Origin: Octopus bimaculoides
Taxonomy: Eukaryota
DNA: 64,000 nt
Reading direction: 5' to 3'
NCBI RefSeq assembly: GCF_001194135.2
Contig: NC_068983.1
Location: 61,369,566-61,433,565, forward strand
Part shown: positions 61,601 to 64,000 of the stretch, piece by piece
Layout: every line of letters begins with the position of its first letter
Numbering within the stretch: the first letter of the stretch is position 1
Made by a program: the position numbers and the translations under genes
Notes under the pieces: generated by a model
Databases searched by the model: none
What the model was told of the DNA's origin: nothing
Seen by the model: only the letters and a program-made list of their open reading frames with translations

Positions 61601-64000
61601 TCATAAAACATCTATATTTTATTTAATTTCATTATAAGAATACTATTATGAAGCTACATTTTTCTATTTTTGTCCCACTTACTAGTCTTAACTAAACATT
61701 CATTTCTCATGTTATCTAGTTTCCAGTTACTAGGATTCAACTGTCTGTTTTTGTACCTTGTCTCCATTATATCCATTGATTAACAATCATATCCAATGGC
61801 TGTTGACTTTTCTAGGGTATGCAGTTCTGTCTAAGGTGTCAACTGCTACAATCCTGAGTGAGACAGCTGATGAAGACTTAGTTTTCACTAAATGCAAGCA
61901 TCTGGATAAATTTCTGTTATCAAACTGGAAAACACCAACCTCCCTCTATTAAGCATGCAGCTTTACAGACTTTAACTGTTCTCTGTCAAGTTAACTACAT
62001 CAACCATTATTAATTCCCATTCTAATGAACCCAATGGACACAACTCATATCTATTCTTTCCATGCTCATTTTCTTGTTCCATTTTTCATTTACTTTTTTC
62101 TTCTAAATTCTTTCTCATTTTGCTAGAGAGTAGCTATGTTGTATTTTGAGCCTGGATGATTGCCCAGTAATACATGGCATGCTAAATTCTGTGTATAATA
62201 AATCACACACACACACAAGCTAGGGCTTGTGGCATAATGGATAATGTGTCCAACTGTGGATCAGTATATAGGTAATAATAGATTACCAATGCATACATCG
62301 CAAATTTGAAACACAAACATAAATTGGTATGAAATATATTTCTATCTGAATGAAGTAAGAACCTTGAACCACAGGCTGGAGCAAGTGAAGATGAGGAGGC
62401 ACTTTGAACCCCTAGCAGTATTCATCACTGTTGGATTGATGCTATCTGATGATGATGATGATGATGACGACGATGATGATGATGTCTTGTGTATATTGTT
62501 ATATAGACTGTTAATCAAAACAAAACAACTTACTTTTGAAGTTTTCTGTTCCTCACTGCTTTCACAACAGATTACACCAAGTAATTTTTCAGTTGTAAGT
62601 TGTAAGTTTTAATTATATTATAACGTACTGCCACTGAGGAGTAGAAAGTGGATTTAAGTGATATCTGGTTCTGTTTTGAGCAAAAGAAAATGATAAATAA
62701 ATTGTACATGCTGTTAAACATAGTAATGACTGTATTTACATGAAGATAAATCAGCTGACAGTTGGATAGAAAGTTTCTAGCAAAGTATTATGTTCGTGAT
62801 TTAAAGGTGGCACATTTTGTAAATGAAATAGAAAAAAGGAAAACATTTAATTTTCTCTTTAAATGTTGGTACTTAGCATGGATTGTCAATATAGTAGCTC
62901 TCAAAAGTTACTTAAGAATCATATAAAACAGCACATAAAATACTGTTAAATTGACTCTTTCAAGTGTCACAGAGTTAACCGTTTTACTGTGGAAGTCAAA
63001 TATATCCACTCAAAATTTCATTACCCTTAACTGTGGAAGCAGTTTTATATACATATCTGTCTTTTGTTGAGAAATGTCATGTTTGAAACTATTTTTTGTT
63101 GAGATGTCAAGTTTTCTGCAAGATGACTTGCAGAAAATACTAATTCCATTTTTGATAGATATTTAACAGCATTACTGGAATAAACATGAAATTAAATTTT
63201 GCACTGAAAGGATAAAAGAATCCTGATGATCAACATACAGAACACAGTTTTGAGTTAGTTTGGTTTTATTTCATGTTATTAATGTTCTAAGACAAAAAAA
63301 AAAAAAAAAAAAAAATCGAAAAAATGAAGGCCACAATCTCATTTTTCTTTTTCAATAAACTGATAAAAGCATATGGAAATTAATTATAACTTTGTTGTTT
63401 ACATATTTTCTAATTTGTTAGTCAGAAGTAGAAGGTATATTTTCAAGCCCCACTTAACTGGAGGTCAAGGATGACTGAGTAAATTTAAAATGGTTAATGT
63501 TCAGCTTGAACTCTCATAGATTTTATGGAGGAAAACATGAAATGAGTGGGAGGGAATTTTACAGTGTGGTAGTTTTGGAGAAAATGGATTTCGTATTATA
63601 TTAAATGAAGGACTTAGTTTTGAGGCTGAGTCATACTCCAGGCAACCAAAGGAGAAGTATGAATAGTGAACATATCTAAGTGAAGTTAGTACATAATTGG
63701 AAAATTTAGTGTAGTATAGACTATTTTCATGTGAGAAGAGTCTGTGGGGAAAACACAGCTTGATGGTGGGTAAATGTTTGATGAGTTTTGGTGATTAATA
63801 TTTTGCTAATCAGATGAAGGGTATTTCTTCTAAAGTTTAATGCAGCTGCATGAATAGTGTAGAGTATATTTGTACTTTGTATATATTATTAGTTACAGCT
63901 GAATGTTAATTACTTTCTGGCCTTGAAAAGGAATTTCAATAATTGAAACCCAATCTTGGTTATATGAAAGATCATTAAAGATTCTGTCATGTTGTTGTAA

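Overview
AT-rich, microsatellite- and retroelement-dense animal genomic DNA with several N gaps. The repeat complement (tRNA-headed SINEs, RTE LINEs ending in (GAT)n, Penelope-like elements, long (TA)n/(CA)n) suggests an Octopus-like cephalopod; this is inference. The main feature is a minus-strand, intron-rich MADD (DENN/MADD, Rab3/Rab27 GEF) gene. I could join 18 GT-AG exons between 48401 and 16699 into one continuous frame of 2636 nt (about 878 codons). The N-terminal coding exons are not visible (probably in assembly gaps or further upstream) and the C-terminal exons are not visible either. A CpG-retaining, promoter-like zone lies at about 52-57 kb. The most unusual signals are structured-RNA elements. 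(i) A 361-nt, highly self-complementary monomer occurs twice in circularly permuted form (29.2 kb and 39.8 kb), each copy next to a gap and a TA run; it is a candidate retrozyme/circRNA-type element. (ii) A 179-bp inverted repeat at 53.03-53.21 kb encodes type I hammerhead ribozymes on both strands. (iii) Further decayed hammerheads occur at 3.0, 30.5 and 53.6 kb. No rRNA, true tRNA gene or CRISPR array is supported. Human MADD comparisons are from recalled sequence, not a computed alignment.
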